From an uncultured Propionibacteriaceae bacterium (lineage in GTDB: Bacteria; Actinomycetota; Actinomycetes; Propionibacteriales; Propionibacteriaceae): a DNA stretch of 64,000 nt. Shown here in pieces: positions 14,971 to 24,039 of the stretch. The position numbers and the translations under genes are program-made. The first letter of the stretch is position 1; each line of letters begins with the position of its first letter. The notes under the pieces were generated by a model. It made no database searches, was not told the origin of the DNA, and worked only from the letters and a program-made list of their open reading frames with translations. The DNA lies in the NCBI GenBank assembly GCA_938012815.1, contig CALLVV010000059.1, forward strand, positions 4,129 through 68,128, given 5' to 3'.

Positions 14971-15039
14971 CAGCAAATCTGCGGGATCGATCACAGCGAA
15001 ACGACGACCTACATCACAGCAAATCTGCGGTTTCGCCGC
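14971..15039 (+). repeat. Degenerate three-unit 23-bp tandem repeat upstream of the second DUF4143 ATPase
   Basis: CAGC starts at 14971, 14994 and 15017; units 1 and 3 share CAGCAAATCTGCGG; units 1 and 2 end in ATCA. Confidence 0.75.
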
Positions 15040-15059
15040 CTCTCGGATAGGTTTCCTCC

Positions 15060-16316
15060 ATGTCGCGGCTGATTGAACGAGCCATCCAGCCATGGGCTGA
15101 GGAACTCCTCGGCTTCAGCCCGGTCCTGGTCGTGGAAGGGGCCAGACAAACGGGCAAGTCAACTCTGGCGCGGATGTTGCGGCCAAACGCCATCACGGTG
15201 AACCTCGACGACCCCCAGACCTTGGATTACGCCCGGAACGATCCGGTGGGATTCGCCGCTCAGGCAGGTGATGGTGTCCTCATCATCGATGAGTTCCAGC
15301 GCCTGCCTTCGTTGTCTCTGGCGATCAAGGCCAATGTTGACGCCGATCGTCGACCAGGTCGCTTCATCCTCACGGGATCATCGGATTTCGCGCGAGTACG
15401 TGGCGACAAGGATTCACTCGCCGGACGCGCACTGTCGGTGACCGTGTGCCCGCTGACCCAGACCGAGGTCCGGGGCACAACTATATCGGGAACACTGGTT
15501 GACAGACTGCTCGAGGCCACGGAAGTTCACGACTTCCCGGCTTCTGCTGAGCCACTGACCCACGCTGGCCTTGCGCATCTTCTGACAGCAGGTGGTTTCC
15601 CTGCGGTTCACAACGCCAAACCACGGCTACGGGCGGAGTGGTACCGCAACTACGTCGAGCGGCTGGTCCGCGTCGACGCCCTCGCTGATGGCTCCCGCCT
15701 CACCCCTGAACGTCTGCTCACGGTGCTCCGTCTGCTCGCCGCCCACCAGTCCGGCGAACTGGTCAAGGCGCGTCTGGCCCAGGATTCGGGGCTCGCGGCA
15801 TCGTCGGTGACGAGTTATCTGGACATGTTGGCCAGGATGTTCCTCATCCTGCACGTGAGACCGTGGGAGACCAACCTCACGAAACGAGAGATCGGACGGG
15901 CGAAGGTCTCCGTGCTGGACTCCGGGCTGGCCGCGTGGTTGTGCGACGCGTCTCCGGCCACCCTGACCACGATCCCGCACGGTATGCAGCGGCTCGGGGC
16001 CCTGACGGAGGGGTTCGTCGCCGGTGAGCTGCACGCCCAGCAGCAGTGGAGCAGGCGCCGATACCGCATCCACCACTACCGTGACCGCAACCGGAAGGAG
16101 ATCGATTTCGTCCTGGAGGTCGACGATTCGCGACTGATCGCGATCGAGGTCAAGGCCAGCCGAACCGTCACGGGCTCTCACCTCGCCGGGCTGCGATTCC
16201 TGAAGGACAAACTCGGTCCCCGCCTGACAAGGGGCGTGGTTCTCGCACCCATTGACCGCCCCGCCAGCTTCGGCGACGATCTGTGGGCGCTGCCTCTCTC
16301 GGCCCTGTGGAGCTGA
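15060..16316 (+). CDS. AAA_14 ATPase with C-terminal DUF4143 domain
   Basis: GARQTGKS, IIDEFQ, FILTGSS, DSLAGR, GGFP, HYRDRNRKEIDFV...AIEVK. Confidence 0.9.
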   Translation: MSRLIERAIQPWAEELLGFSPVLVVEGARQTGKSTLARMLRPNAITVNLDDPQTLDYARNDPVGFAAQAGDGVLIIDEFQRLPSLSLAIKANVDADRRPGRFILTGSSDFARVRGDKDSLAGRALSVTVCPLTQTEVRGTTISGTLVDRLLEATEVHDFPASAEPLTHAGLAHLLTAGGFPAVHNAKPRLRAEWYRNYVERLVRVDALADGSRLTPERLLTVLRLLAAHQSGELVKARLAQDSGLAASSVTSYLDMLARMFLILHVRPWETNLTKREIGRAKVSVLDSGLAAWLCDASPATLTTIPHGMQRLGALTEGFVAGELHAQQQWSRRRYRIHHYRDRNRKEIDFVLEVDDSRLIAIEVKASRTVTGSHLAGLRFLKDKLGPRLTRGVVLAPIDRPASFGDDLWALPLSALWS

Positions 16317-16472
16317 AATCCTGCGCAGGGGAACGGGAAACAACGCGTCACGATGCGGGGTGGTTCGGTGGCAGAACCGGCAATCACGGTCTTGGGCGCG
16401 ACCTGTTTCTCCCCTGCTGGGCAGCGATCCGCCTGGGCCGTTCGTTCTGGGTGATCCTGGAGCGCCTGGCCG

Positions 16473-16640
16473 TCAGCGGGTTTCCTTGAACTCGACGTGG
16501 CGCCGGATGATGGGGTCGTACTTGCGCAGCGAGATCCGGTCGGGATCGTTGCGGCGGTTCTTCCGGGTCACGTAGGTGTAGCCGGTTCCTGCGGTGGAGC
16601 GCAGTTTGATCAGCGGACGCAGATCGTTCTTCTTGGCCAT
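16473..16640 (-). CDS. rpmG: 50S ribosomal protein L33, zinc-independent (C-) paralogue
   Basis: [43 protein letters not shown]; no cysteines. Confidence 0.95.
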   Translation of the reverse strand: MAKKNDLRPLIKLRSTAGTGYTYVTRKNRRNDPDRISLRKYDPIIRRHVEFKETR

Positions 16641-16641
16641 C

Positions 16642-16878
16642 TCAGAGTTTCCTTCCCCGGGCGATGAGGTCCGCGACCACCGCGTCGATGCCCCGGGCGT
16701 CAATCACCTTGATGCCCTTGGCGGAGACCGTGAGCTTGACCCTTCGCCCCAAGGAGGGCACCCAGTAACGCTTTGTCTGGACGTTGACGTTGAAACGGCG
16801 ATTGGTCTTCTTCTTCGACCAGGGGACGTTGCGCCCGAAACCGGGCGCGGCCCCCGTGACCTGGCAGTGACGCGACAT
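16642..16878 (-). CDS. rpmB: 50S ribosomal protein L28, zinc-independent paralogue
   Basis: [18 protein letters not shown]...[15 protein letters not shown]...[10 protein letters not shown]. Confidence 0.95.
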   Translation of the reverse strand: MSRHCQVTGAAPGFGRNVPWSKKKTNRRFNVNVQTKRYWVPSLGRRVKLTVSAKGIKVIDARGIDAVVADLIARGRKL

Positions 16879-16910
16879 GGGACTCCTCGGGTTGCACGAA
16901 CATTCACCGA

Positions 16911-16931
16911 TAATGATAATGAGTCGCAATT
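16911..16931. promoter_or_regulatory. Zur box in the divergent rpmB/rpmE2 promoter region
   Basis: TAATGATAATGAGTCGCAATT, an AT-rich imperfect palindrome resembling the actinobacterial Zur site, between zinc-free r-protein genes. Confidence 0.8.
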
Positions 16932-16963
16932 GAAGTTCCAATCCGACCCTCGGAAGGCCCACG

Positions 16964-17233
16964 ATGAAACCAGGCATCCACCCCGACTACCACCCCGTCG
17001 TCTTCCGCGACATCACCACCCGGACCATGTACCTGATCCGTTCGACGATGACCTCCAGGCAGACGATCGAGTGGAGCGACGGAAACACCTACCCCCTGGT
17101 CGACGTGGAGATAACCGCCGACAGCCACCCCTTCTACACGGGCAAGGCGCGCAGGCTCAGCATCACGGGACGCGTGGAGAAGTTCCAGCAGCGTTACGGC
17201 ATGACGAGTGACCTGGCGCATCGCGGCCCGTGA
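16964..17233 (+). CDS. rpmE2: 50S ribosomal protein L31 type B
   Basis: [16 protein letters not shown]...[20 protein letters not shown]...SHPFYTGK...GRVEKF. Confidence 0.95.
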   Translation: MKPGIHPDYHPVVFRDITTRTMYLIRSTMTSRQTIEWSDGNTYPLVDVEITADSHPFYTGKARRLSITGRVEKFQQRYGMTSDLAHRGP

Positions 17234-17481
17234 CCTCTCACACAGGACGCCCTCGGCGATGCCGCATCACTGGATTCGATCCGAGAGGAACAAACCGGCC
17301 ACTCCACCACCGACAACTCGCTGAGCGGCCCGATCGGTCTTCCAGGCATCACCAAACAACACCGGGCAAGCCATGATTCGATCGGCCCGGGAGGGTCGGA
17401 TTTGGTTTCGAGAAAGCCGGCTGTCTACCCCCGGAAGCTCGCCCTGACCGACCCAGCTCACTCATTCCTCGCCCGGGCGAC

Positions 17482-17523
17482 GTAGAAGGGGCGGACACCC
17501 CGGATGGTGTCCGCCCCTTCTAC
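17482..17523. terminator. Intrinsic terminator after rplA
   Basis: GTAGAAGGGGCGGACACC-loop-GGTGTCCGCCCCTTCTAC perfect stem. Confidence 0.8.
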
Positions 17524-17538
17524 TTCTACGTCGGTGGT

Positions 17539-18237
17539 TCACTCGGCCGGCTTGGTGACCGTGCCGTCGACCAGGACGCTGGGCGACATGGTGGCGGAGA
17601 ACGCGACCTTCTTCACATAGCGGCCCTTGGAAGCGGCCGGCTTGAGACGCAGGACCTCATCCAGCGCCGCGAAGTAGTTCTCGATGAGCTGTTGCTCGGT
17701 GAACGAGGCCTTGCCGATGATGAACTGCAGGTTGGCGTGCCGGTCCACGCGGAACTCGATCTTGCCGCCCTTGATGTCGGAGACGGCCTTGGCCACATCC
17801 ATGGTGACGGTGCCGGTCTTCGGGTTCGGCATCAGGCCGCGGGGGCCGAGGATACGGCCCAGCCGACCGACCTTGCCCATCATGTCGGGGGTGGCGACCA
17901 CGGCGTCGAAGTCCAGGTAGCCGCCGGAGATTTTCTCGACGAGATCGTCGACGCCGACCTCGTCGGCGCCCGCTGCGATCGCGGCCTCTGCCTTCTCACC
18001 GGAGGCGAAGACGAGGACCCGAGCCGTCTTGCCAGTGCCGTTGGGAAGGTTGACCGTGCCGCGCACCATCTGATCCGCCTTGCGGGGATCGACGCCGAGA
18101 CGCACCGCGACCTCGATGGTCTCGTCGAACTTGGCCGAAGCCATTTCCTTGACCAGCTTCACCGCCGCCTCGGGCGTGTGCAGCTGGGAGCCGTCGCGCT
18201 TGTCGGCGGCAGCCTTGTAAGCCTTGCTGTGCTTCAT
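17539..18237 (-). CDS. rplA: 50S ribosomal protein L1
   Basis: [25 protein letters not shown]...[15 protein letters not shown]. Confidence 0.98.
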   Translation of the reverse strand: MKHSKAYKAAADKRDGSQLHTPEAAVKLVKEMASAKFDETIEVAVRLGVDPRKADQMVRGTVNLPNGTGKTARVLVFASGEKAEAAIAAGADEVGVDDLVEKISGGYLDFDAVVATPDMMGKVGRLGRILGPRGLMPNPKTGTVTMDVAKAVSDIKGGKIEFRVDRHANLQFIIGKASFTEQQLIENYFAALDEVLRLKPAASKGRYVKKVAFSATMSPSVLVDGTVTKPAE

Positions 18238-18285
18238 GTCTGGTTCCGTTCTTTGTCGTCAGCCTCGCAGGCTGATCCACCAGTT

Positions 18286-18312
18286 CTGGTGTGGGAGTGG
18301 GCTCCCTGCCAG
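18286..18312 (-). promoter_or_regulatory. Putative L1-binding autoregulatory hairpin between rplK and rplA
   Basis: Minus strand CTGGCAGGGAGCCCACTCCCACACCAG: stem with an asymmetric internal loop, at the position expected in Actinobacteria. Confidence 0.5.
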
Positions 18313-18320
18313 GGGGCGCG

Positions 18321-18749
18321 TCACTCGACGGTGACGCCCATGGAGCGGGCGGTGCCCTCCACGATCTTGCAGGCGGCGTCAACGTCGTTGGCGTTGAGGT
18401 CCGGAAGCTTCATCGTGGCGATCTCGCGCACCTGGTCCTTGGTGAGCTTGCCCACCTTGTTCTTCAGCGGGTTGTCCGAACCCGACTGGATCCCGGCAGC
18501 CTTCTTTATCAGCTCGGCGGCGGGCGGGGTCTTGGTGATGAAGGTGAACGTACGATCCTCGTAGATGGTGATCTCGACGGGGATGACGTTGCCACGCTGG
18601 GAATCCGTCGCGGCGTTGTACGCCTTGACGAACTCCATGATGTTGACGCCGTGCGGGCCGAGAGCGGTGCCGACCGGCGGCGCAGGGGTGGCGGAGCCGG
18701 CCTGCAGAGCAACCTTGACGAGGGCTGCGACCTTCTTCTTGGGAGGCAT
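18321..18749 (-). CDS. rplK: 50S ribosomal protein L11
   Basis: MPPKKK...[21 protein letters not shown]...GTARSMG. Confidence 0.98.
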   Translation of the reverse strand: MPPKKKVAALVKVALQAGSATPAPPVGTALGPHGVNIMEFVKAYNAATDSQRGNVIPVEITIYEDRTFTFITKTPPAAELIKKAAGIQSGSDNPLKNKVGKLTKDQVREIATMKLPDLNANDVDAACKIVEGTARSMGVTVE

Positions 18750-18845
18750 GTTGGGTCCTTATGGTTTTGGATTTGGAACGGTCACGCCGGGTGTACCCGG
18801 GTCGCGACGCAACGCGCCATTGTAGGGTCCCGAAAGGGCGGGAAC

Positions 18846-19631
18846 CTAACCGACCTTCTCGACCTGCTTGAACTCCAGGTCGACGGGGGTTTCGCGACCC
18901 AGGATCTCGACGAGAGCCCGGAATCGCTGTTGGTTGGCGCTTATCTCGGTGATCGTGGCGTGCACCCCGGTGAAGGGGCCATCGGTCACCATCACGGAGT
19001 CGCCGACCGCGAAATCGACGACCTCCACCTTCTTCTTCGCGCGCGCCACTGCGGTGGAGGCCTCGGAGGTCACCTTCGCGACGACGGAAGGAGTCAGCAT
19101 GCTGACCACTTCGTCCAGGCTGAGTGGGACGGGGGTCTGGCCGTGGCCGACGAAACCGGTCACGGAGGGGGTGTGGCGCACCGTCGCCCACGAGTCGTCG
19201 GTCAGCTCCATCCGCACCAGCACGTAGCCGGGCAGCACGCAGCGCGTGACGGTCTTGCGGGTGTTGTTGCGCACCTCGACGACCTCCTCTGTGGGGACGA
19301 TCGTCTCGAAGATGTAGTCCTCCATGTTCAGGGAGGTGGCGCGGGAATCGAGGTTCTGCTTGACCCGGTTCTCCATGCCCGAGTAGGTGTGGATGACGTA
19401 CCACTCGCCAAACTTGGTTTCCAGTTCCTCTCGAAGCTTCGCGACTGCATCGGCGGTGGCGTCGTCGGCCTCCGGCTGCTCGGGTTCGTCCTCCCCCGGT
19501 TCATCGGTGAGGGTGATCTCCTCCCGGGGCTCGTTCTCCTCATCGAGCGGTCCGAGGTCGATCTCGACCTCGTCACTGGCGGTGGGCAGCTCCCCCAGGT
19601 CGATCTCGAAGTCGTCGGTGTTCTCACTCAC
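18846..19631 (-). CDS. nusG: Transcription termination/antitermination factor NusG with acidic N-terminal extension
   Basis: WYVIHTYSGMENRVK, LPGYVLVRM, VRHTPSVTGFVG, KOW motif VTDGPF; GTG start at 19631. Confidence 0.96.
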   Translation of the reverse strand: MSENTDDFEIDLGELPTASDEVEIDLGPLDEENEPREEITLTDEPGEDEPEQPEADDATADAVAKLREELETKFGEWYVIHTYSGMENRVKQNLDSRATSLNMEDYIFETIVPTEEVVEVRNNTRKTVTRCVLPGYVLVRMELTDDSWATVRHTPSVTGFVGHGQTPVPLSLDEVVSMLTPSVVAKVTSEASTAVARAKKKVEVVDFAVGDSVMVTDGPFTGVHATITEISANQQRFRALVEILGRETPVDLEFKQVEKVG

Positions 19632-20082
19632 TGGGGGTTCCTCCAAACAAGCTGAGCAGAGCCTGCCCAAAACCGTAGTCGAGTAGCATGACGTAGGCGA
19701 TTATGAACAACACAAACAGCAGGACCGCCGAGAACAACACCGTGAGTTCGCCCCAACTGGGCCACACGACCTTCTTGAGTTCGGCCGCGGACTGGCGCAC
19801 GAACCGTGCCGGGTTCTTCGCGCGGTAAGGATCGTGTTCTCCACGTTCGGTCTCGGAGCGTTTCCTGGTGGACGTCGTCTTCTTCACGGGGGCCTTCGCG
19901 GTCTTGCGGGCCACCACCTTCGAGGTTTTCTTGCCGGCCTTCCCGGACTCGTCCTTATCCGCGCCGTCCTCGGAGGAGTCCTCGTCGAACTGGTCCTCCA
20001 GCTCATCGATCACCTCGTCGTCGGCGACGGGGTCAGCCTCGGGGAGATCGTCCCCGCCCTGCCGAGTCTTGTCGTCGCTCAC
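19624..20082 (-). CDS. secE: Preprotein translocase subunit SecE
   Basis: AELKKVVWPS followed by one TM helix; between tRNA-Trp and nusG. Confidence 0.93.
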   Translation of the reverse strand: MSDDKTRQGGDDLPEADPVADDEVIDELEDQFDEDSSEDGADKDESGKAGKKTSKVVARKTAKAPVKKTTSTRKRSETERGEHDPYRAKNPARFVRQSAAELKKVVWPSWGELTVLFSAVLLFVLFIIAYVMLLDYGFGQALLSLFGGTPSE

Positions 20083-20157
20083 GCGCGGTCCCTTTCGGTC
20101 AACAAACGAAATGCCTGCCCACCCACTGGGTGGCAGGCGTTGGAAGCATCTGCTTCG

Positions 20158-20230
<73 letters not shown>

Positions 20231-20319
20231 TCGACGCGATCACGCGCCTTACTCAAGGCGCGACCGACCTCGCCAGACCCATACCTTACCGCATCCCCGA
20301 CGAGGTCCGAAATCCCTGC

Positions 20320-21342
20320 TCAGACGCTCACGCCGACCAGGTTCACCTCGGGAACCAGGGTGATGCCGAAACATTCCCGAACCCCGTCGCGGATCTCGCG
20401 GGCGAGGTCGAGGACGTCGGCGGTGGTGGCGTGCCCGCGGTTGGTGAGCGCCAGCACGTGCCGGGTGGATAGCCTCGCCGGACCGGTTCCGTGGCCCGTG
20501 GGGAATCCCGCGTGCTGGATCAGCCAGGCGGCGCTGGTCTTGACCTCCTCCCCCGCGGGGAAACGGGGAGCCTCGACGGGCAGGGAGGCTGCCTGCTCCG
20601 GGGTAAGGATCGGGTTGGTGAAGAAGGAGCCAGCGGACCATGTGTCGTGGTCGTTCTCGTCCAAGACCATGCCCTTCCTTCGCCGGATGGCGAGCACGGT
20701 CTCCCGCACCCGGGCGGTGGGGGCGCGCTGCCCCACCTCAACGCCGAGGGCACGGGCCAGTTCGGGGTAGCGGACGGGCTGTCCCAGCTCCCCGAGCGGC
20801 AGCTGGAAGTCGACGCGCAACACCAGGTGGCGTCCCTTCTCGCGTTTGAAGCGGGAGTCACGGTAGCCGAAGCAGCACTCGGCGGCCGCGAAGGTGCGGA
20901 TGACCCCCTCAGCCCGGTCCCAGGTGTGGACCTGCTGGATGAGGGTCGCGACCTCAGACCCGTAAGCTCCGACGTTCTGGATCGGGACGGCACCCACGGA
21001 CCCGGGTATCCCGGAGAGGGTTTCCATCCCGGACCACTGCGAGGCCACGGCCCGGGCAACGAGATCGTCCCATGCCTCCCCCGCGGCGACCTCCAGCTGG
21101 GCCCCGGAACAGTCCGCGACCTCGGCGCGGACACCCCGGGTGGCGACCTTGACCACGGTGCCGTCGAAACCCTCGTCGGCGATCAGGACGTTGGAGCCGC
21201 CGCCGAGGATCAGGACCGGTTCGCCCCGGGAGTCGCAATCGGCGACGGTGTCGATGAGCTGCTGTTCGGTCGTCGCCTCGACGAAGCGCCGCGCGGGCCC
21301 GCCGAGCCGGAAGGTGGTGTGGTTCGCAAGTGGCTCAGTCAA
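20320..21342 (-). CDS. murB: UDP-N-acetylenolpyruvoylglucosamine reductase
   Basis: TTFRLGGPA, LGGGSNVL, GIPGSVGA.PIQNVGAYG, FGYRDSRFK, SAGSFFTNP, HVLALTN. Confidence 0.96.
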   Translation of the reverse strand: MTEPLANHTTFRLGGPARRFVEATTEQQLIDTVADCDSRGEPVLILGGGSNVLIADEGFDGTVVKVATRGVRAEVADCSGAQLEVAAGEAWDDLVARAVASQWSGMETLSGIPGSVGAVPIQNVGAYGSEVATLIQQVHTWDRAEGVIRTFAAAECCFGYRDSRFKREKGRHLVLRVDFQLPLGELGQPVRYPELARALGVEVGQRAPTARVRETVLAIRRRKGMVLDENDHDTWSAGSFFTNPILTPEQAASLPVEAPRFPAGEEVKTSAAWLIQHAGFPTGHGTGPARLSTRHVLALTNRGHATTADVLDLAREIRDGVRECFGITLVPEVNLVGVSV

Positions 21343-21748
21343 TGCGCACCTCTGCCTTCGCGGCCCCCAGCACCGCGTCGCCGCCGCAGGTCGCGGTCAG
21401 ATTGACGGTGGCCACCCCGTCGGCGATGGCGGCGACGGTCCCGGTGAACCGCACCAACGTGCCCTCATCGGTGTCGGGAACCACCACGGGGCGGGTGAAC
21501 CTCACGTAGTAGCGCCCGATGCGGGCCGGGTCACCGATCCAGCGAGTGACCATGCCGAGACCGGCGCCCATCGTCCACATGCCGTGGGCCAGCACCCCGG
21601 GCAGGCCGATGGCGCGGGCGTGGCGGTCGGAGAAGTGGATCTCGTTGAAGTCCGTGGAGGCGCCGGCGTAGCGCACCACCACCGACCTGGTGACCCGGAT
21701 CTCCAGGGCCGGGAGTTCCTGCCCCACCTGGATCTCGCGTTCAGTCAT
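21335..21748 (-). CDS. MaoC-family dehydratase (HadB-like)
   Basis: YAGASTDFNEIH...GLPGVLAHGM hydratase-2 motif. Confidence 0.9.
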   Translation of the reverse strand: MTEREIQVGQELPALEIRVTRSVVVRYAGASTDFNEIHFSDRHARAIGLPGVLAHGMWTMGAGLGMVTRWIGDPARIGRYYVRFTRPVVVPDTDEGTLVRFTGTVAAIADGVATVNLTATCGGDAVLGAAKAEVRID

Positions 21749-22169
21749 GGGGGGCCTCCTCGCGGGTGTGCATCAGGGTGGAGCGGGCGTCGCAGACCGC
21801 CTCGCCGTCGACGGTCAGCGCCACCAGGATCGTGACCATGTCCAGGTTGCCGCGGTTGCGGACCCGTTCGATGGTGAGGCGGGCCACCACGTCGTCACCC
21901 TCGTGCAGGAGACGGTGGAAGTCGAAGGTCTGGTCGGCGTGGACGGTGCGGTGCAGGGCCAGGTTCAGTTCCTCGTCGCCGAAGAGGGAGTCCCATGCCT
22001 GGGCCGCGATGACGGCTGCGAAGGTTGGCGGGGCGACGGGATGGTCGCCGAAGTAGGCGGGGTTCTCGTCCTGGACGGCGCGTGCGAACTCTGCGCTCTT
22101 TGCGCGGCTGACGCGGTAGGCGGGGGCCGGGGGATAGGTCCGGCCCGCGTGCTCGGCGGAAATCGGCAT
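21741..22169 (-). CDS. MaoC N-terminal-domain protein (HadA-like, UPF0336)
   Basis: GRTYP...VSRAK..EFARAV...APPTF...VHADQTF; conserved position after rpmG. Confidence 0.88.
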   Translation of the reverse strand: MPISAEHAGRTYPPAPAYRVSRAKSAEFARAVQDENPAYFGDHPVAPPTFAAVIAAQAWDSLFGDEELNLALHRTVHADQTFDFHRLLHEGDDVVARLTIERVRNRGNLDMVTILVALTVDGEAVCDARSTLMHTREEAPHD

Positions 22170-22193
22170 GGTGGAAGGCTACCGGGAAAACAG

Positions 22194-22224
22194 TGAGGGC
22201 CGCCCCTTGCGGGTGCGGCCCTCA
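22194..22224 (-). terminator. Hairpin after rpmG, probable terminator
   Basis: TGAGGGCCGC...GCGGCCCTCA stem followed by CTGTTTT on the minus strand. Confidence 0.6.
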
Positions 22225-22239
22225 GCGGAAAGGTGCGGC

Positions 22240-22410
22240 TCAGCGGGTCTCGCGGTGCGCACGGTGGGTGCGGCAGCGCGGGCAGTACTTCTTGAGTTCG
22301 ATCCGGTCGGGATCGTTGCGGCGGTTCTTCTTGGTGATGTAGTTGCGCTCCTTGCACTCGGTGCAGGCAAGCGTGATCTTCGGACGGACGTCCTGCCCCT
22401 TCTTGGCCAT
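22240..22410 (-). CDS. rpmG: 50S ribosomal protein L33, zinc-binding (C+) form
   Basis: [16 protein letters not shown]...[10 protein letters not shown] with two CxxC motifs. Confidence 0.96.
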   Translation of the reverse strand: MAKKGQDVRPKITLACTECKERNYITKKNRRNDPDRIELKKYCPRCRTHRAHRETR

Positions 22411-22461
22411 GATCAGTTTCCCTCGGTGTAGTGGCGCGGATGCGCGCTGGCTTCGGTTGTG

Positions 22462-22537
22462 TGGTGACGAGGGCGGGACTTGAACCCGCGACACAGCGAT
22501 TATGAGCCGCTTGCTCTACCGACTGAGCTACCCCGTC
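22462..22537 (-). tRNA. tRNA with CAT anticodon (probably elongator Met; Ile2 not excluded)
   Basis: GACGGGGTAGCTCAGTCGGTAGAGCAAGCGGCTCATAATCGCTGTGTCGCGGGTTCAAGTCCCGCCCTCGTCACCA. Confidence 0.95.
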
Positions 22538-22573
22538 GAATGTTCTTGCCCAGGACCTCCCGAACAGGAACAG

Positions 22574-22646
22574 AGCCCCCATGCGGAATCGAACCGCAGA
22601 CCTTCTCCTTACCATGGAGACGCTCTGCCTACTGAGCTATAGGGGC
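22574..22646 (-). tRNA. tRNA-Thr (GGT)
   Basis: GCCCCTATAGCTCAGTAGGCAGAGCGTCTCCATGGTAAGGAGAAGGTCTGCGGTTCGATTCCGCATGGGGGCT. Confidence 0.97.
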
Positions 22647-22711
22647 CAGCCGTCGGCAAACTCTACACGGCCCTTCGCGAGAAGCACAAGTCGACGGCCG
22701 AGGCCCAATCC

Positions 22712-22963
22712 TCAGGACGACACCCCCTGTCCGGCGCCGGTTCGTTCGGCCCACGAACCGCTCAGCAGCAGGGCCGCGAGGAGACCAAAGAGCACCACCG
22801 CGGGCCAGCCGATCAGGCCCACCAGGACTGGACCCACACTGCCCCCGGGCGCCACCAACATCGCAGGCAGGGAGGCGAAGGCGTTGAACGCGCCGTGGGT
22901 GATGGCGGCCGGCACGACGCCGACCGCTCGTGCGGGAACGCCCTACCGCCCGCCGGCGGTCAT
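22712..22963 (-). pseudogene. Remnant of a CPBP/Abi (CAAX protease-like) membrane protein
   Basis: ATG overlaps the upstream stop; MTAGGR* then in-frame VVPAAITHGAFNA (CPBP C-terminal HxxxN motif) and a TM helix; most of the gene is missing. Confidence 0.55.
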
Positions 22964-23625
22964 TGCTGTTCCTCGCCCGCAAGCGCCTGCCCCGAGGGCA
23001 GGAACCACAGGCCGACCATGTCGCCGTCGCGGTTGTAGCTGACGCGGGCCACGAGGTCGGCGGCCTCCATGTGGAGGGGTTCCTCCACCACGACAACCCC
23101 ACCCGACAGAGCCAGGGGGGTCGGGGTGCCGCGCCGCTCGAGCTCCCCACCCAGCGCGATCACCTGCGCCCAGGCGTCGGCCAGCCGTTCGGCGTCGAGC
23201 TGCCATCCGGCGCGCGGGCCGGCCAATTCTTCTGCTTTCCGCCATTCATGCTTCTCGATGGCATCGAGAAATACCTCCGCCTTCTCGACGGCAGCACGGA
23301 GGTCGGAATCGGTGGGTTTCTTCATGGGTTTTCCTGTTCTCGGGTCGGTCGGGTTTCCGAAGCGCTGAAAGGCCGCCTGGCGGCTGGTTCCCAGGGCATC
23401 GCCAATGGCCTGCCAGGTGATCCTCCTCCCCCGGGCCGCGGCGACAAGCCGGGCCAGGATCTCGTCGGTCAGGGATTGGAGCGAGCGCACAGCAGCCAAG
23501 GAGTGGGTCATGTCACCCCCGGGGGCGTCCGGATCGTCGGTGGCGGCGAGCTCCGCCACCACCAGGGAGCTGATCTTCCGAAGACGCCTCATGAGCTCTT
23601 CGGCGGTCACATCGTCAGTCGACAT
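22960..23625 (-). CDS. HTH-domain protein with a DUF3887-like C-terminal domain
   Basis: VAAARGRRITWQAIGDALGTSRQAAFQRF helix-turn-helix; C-terminal ARVSYNRDGDMVGLWF. Confidence 0.75.
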   Translation of the reverse strand: MSTDDVTAEELMRRLRKISSLVVAELAATDDPDAPGGDMTHSLAAVRSLQSLTDEILARLVAAARGRRITWQAIGDALGTSRQAAFQRFGNPTDPRTGKPMKKPTDSDLRAAVEKAEVFLDAIEKHEWRKAEELAGPRAGWQLDAERLADAWAQVIALGGELERRGTPTPLALSGGVVVVEEPLHMEAADLVARVSYNRDGDMVGLWFLPSGQALAGEEQQ

Positions 23626-23673
23626 GCGTAAAGATTAGGTTTACGCCACCGCCCCCGTCAAGGCCTGCTTGAC
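23626..23673. promoter_or_regulatory. Two related 17-bp palindromes, likely operators of the HTH gene
   Basis: GTAAAG-N5-GTTTAC (23628-23644) and GTCAAG-N5-CTTGAC (23657-23673), adjacent to the start codon. Confidence 0.55.
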
Positions 23674-24039
23674 AGAAATGGAAGGGGATTGAACGGACCG
23701 CCGGGCCTTCCGGATCACGGACCCCGGTTCACGACCGGCACATCAGGCCGCGCAATCGGTTGTCCTTCTTCTGGTTCACGCTGGTTGACCAACCTGGTCA
23801 GCTGTTTGAGCAGCGTGCAACACAACGCCCTTTCGTCCCTACCCACATTGCCCAACGCCAGTCCTCCCGCCATCCGCTGGCCTTCTCGCCACCGCCAGCC
23901 CAACTGTCAAACGCCAGCGTTACAGCGCGAGCAGACGACGAGTGGGCAAGCGAAACCGCCCGGTCCCAGCCCTTCGGATCCTCGCCGGCGGCTCGTCGAG
24001 GAAGGCGGCAATCGATGCCCGCGCGGGTAGATTGACCCC

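Noticed and set aside
19440..20082. Acidic N-terminal extensions of NusG and SecE
   Set aside because: Such extensions are common in actinobacterial orthologues
22462..22720. tRNA genes as island integration sites
   Set aside because: No duplicated tRNA 3' end and no integrase found in the window
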